The notes under the pieces are model-generated. The model worked only from the letters and a program-made list of their open reading frames with translations, was not told the DNA's origin and did no database searches. This document shows, piece after piece, positions 62,753 to 64,000 of a stretch of DNA of 64,000 nucleotides. How positions within the stretch are numbered: position 1 is the stretch's first letter; each line of letters begins with the position of its first letter. The stretch comes from Styela clava (lineage: Eukaryota). The translations under genes and the position numbers were made by a program. The stretch covers positions 5,332,001-5,396,000 of the forward strand of contig NC_135250.1 in NCBI RefSeq assembly GCF_964204865.1. Direction: 5' to 3'.

Positions 62753-64000
62753 ATTGTGTCAGTTTCGCAGTTTACTGATTTGATTGAATTGAATTTTCTG
62801 TGAAAATCCTTTAACAAACAATCTACAAAATAAGCTACACATTTCCAAGTGAATCGCGAAACTCGTTTTAATTAAAACCGAAAACAATGGTAAAACTATT
62901 TTTCAAAACAATAACATAAAGTTACCAGATTTTTCTCAAAGGTGTCGTAAAGCATATACATGTTTGAAAATAGTTGATCCTTTTTTATAAAACGAAAATA
63001 TGAAGGGAAAAAATAACCATAATGATTTGAAGAAATTTAAAAAAAGACATTATTCAGATGTGGTGAAATTCAATTTATCTCGGCCTATAATGATTAGCGA
63101 ATTCGTGATTAAAATCTGGCATGTATCGAGTATATCCCGCCAAACTGTTCCGTTGCGACACCTCGAGTATATCTTGAATGCTTCTATGCTTCTACGAAAC
63201 AAGAGTGCTATGCTCAAATATATGGACACGTAATACAGAACAAAATGTTTCATCAATTCACGGAAATTCATAGCGTAACCTGAACAAAGCTGAACAGTGA
63301 AACAGCTACATGGTGACAATGCAGTGACTTATCCAGCACGGCAAAGTTTACCGATTCCAAAAAAACCCCAACATTTAAAAGACATTAATCATCACAGTGA
63401 GTGGACCTGTAAGCCCCGCTTTTACGAGACAGTTACGGTAGGTATGTGTAAGCATGTGTTACGGTACCGGAACTGACCTATCTTCACCAGTTCCTTTCTT
63501 GTGTCAGTGTCAATTAAAATTAAAATTACAAGATGATTCGACTCACAGCTGTAGTAACACCAGCTATCCGAATCACTACTGTATGTATTTTCGCAACCAG
63601 GTACCGTAGCACGCCGTTCCCCATAAACAACTCTTAGCGAAAAAGACTTACGCTCGCTTCTCAGCTGATATGCCATCACCGCAATCGCCACAAGGTGTGA
63701 CGTCTTTTGATAGCCCGGAATCTATACAGACGAGACACAATAAAAACGTATCGAACGCGCCACTCTCAGCCCTTTGTCCACAAACAAGACACATGCATAG
63801 ATCAGCTTCTTCTTTATACACTTGGCAGAGAACAGTGGTTTCTTTAATGAATAAAACACAATCGATTAACATATGTCAAAGCATATATCAACAACAAAAG
63901 GCAAATTTTTTTTTTTTTTTTTTTTTGTTACCGAACGTTTTCCGATCCGGGTGGCTAATACAATTACAATATATATATATATATAAAAACAGATAAGTAA

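Noticed and set aside
63620-63673. MAYQL start resembling TFIIA gamma
   Set aside because: Similarity ends after five residues; the YRNTTLG motif is absent.

Overview
AT-rich, intron-rich eukaryotic DNA, most probably from an ascidian (tunicate). This is inferred from the gene content: an I-domain integrin alpha (chordate-type) together with a universal stress protein gene (among deuterostomes, mainly reported from urochordates). I hand-spliced six protein-coding genes with GT-AG boundaries and consistent phases: (1) I-domain integrin alpha, minus strand, 24 exons in 464-19669, with its TM and cytoplasmic tail beyond the left edge; (2) alpha9/alpha10-like nicotinic acetylcholine receptor, minus strand, 10 exons in 26593-41473, 787 aa, with a very long (~430 aa) M3-M4 loop; (3) universal stress protein with an intronless CDS, plus strand, 46199-46714; (4) NDC80/HEC1, minus strand, 15 exons in 48327-58383; (5) MED21, intronless CDS, 59558-60052; (6) CCDC32, intronless CDS, 61373-61906. 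The last three are closely spaced, co-oriented and each has an AG acceptor just before its ATG, consistent with a trans-spliced operon. Introns and spacers are crowded with non-autonomous elements. These include about 20 copies of a modular GG-terminal MITE family with 8-bp TSDs (Merlin-like) carrying TTAGGG, hAT MITEs with perfect 8-bp TSDs, Helentron/HINE-like elements, tRNA-derived SINEs and LINE RT scraps. No autonomous transposase, CRISPR array, rRNA or intact tRNA was seen. Most short ORFs in the track are spurious or exon fragments. No novel system is established; the best leads are the candidate operon, the unusual nAChR, the telomere-repeat MITE family and an unexplained GTAC-palindrome cluster.
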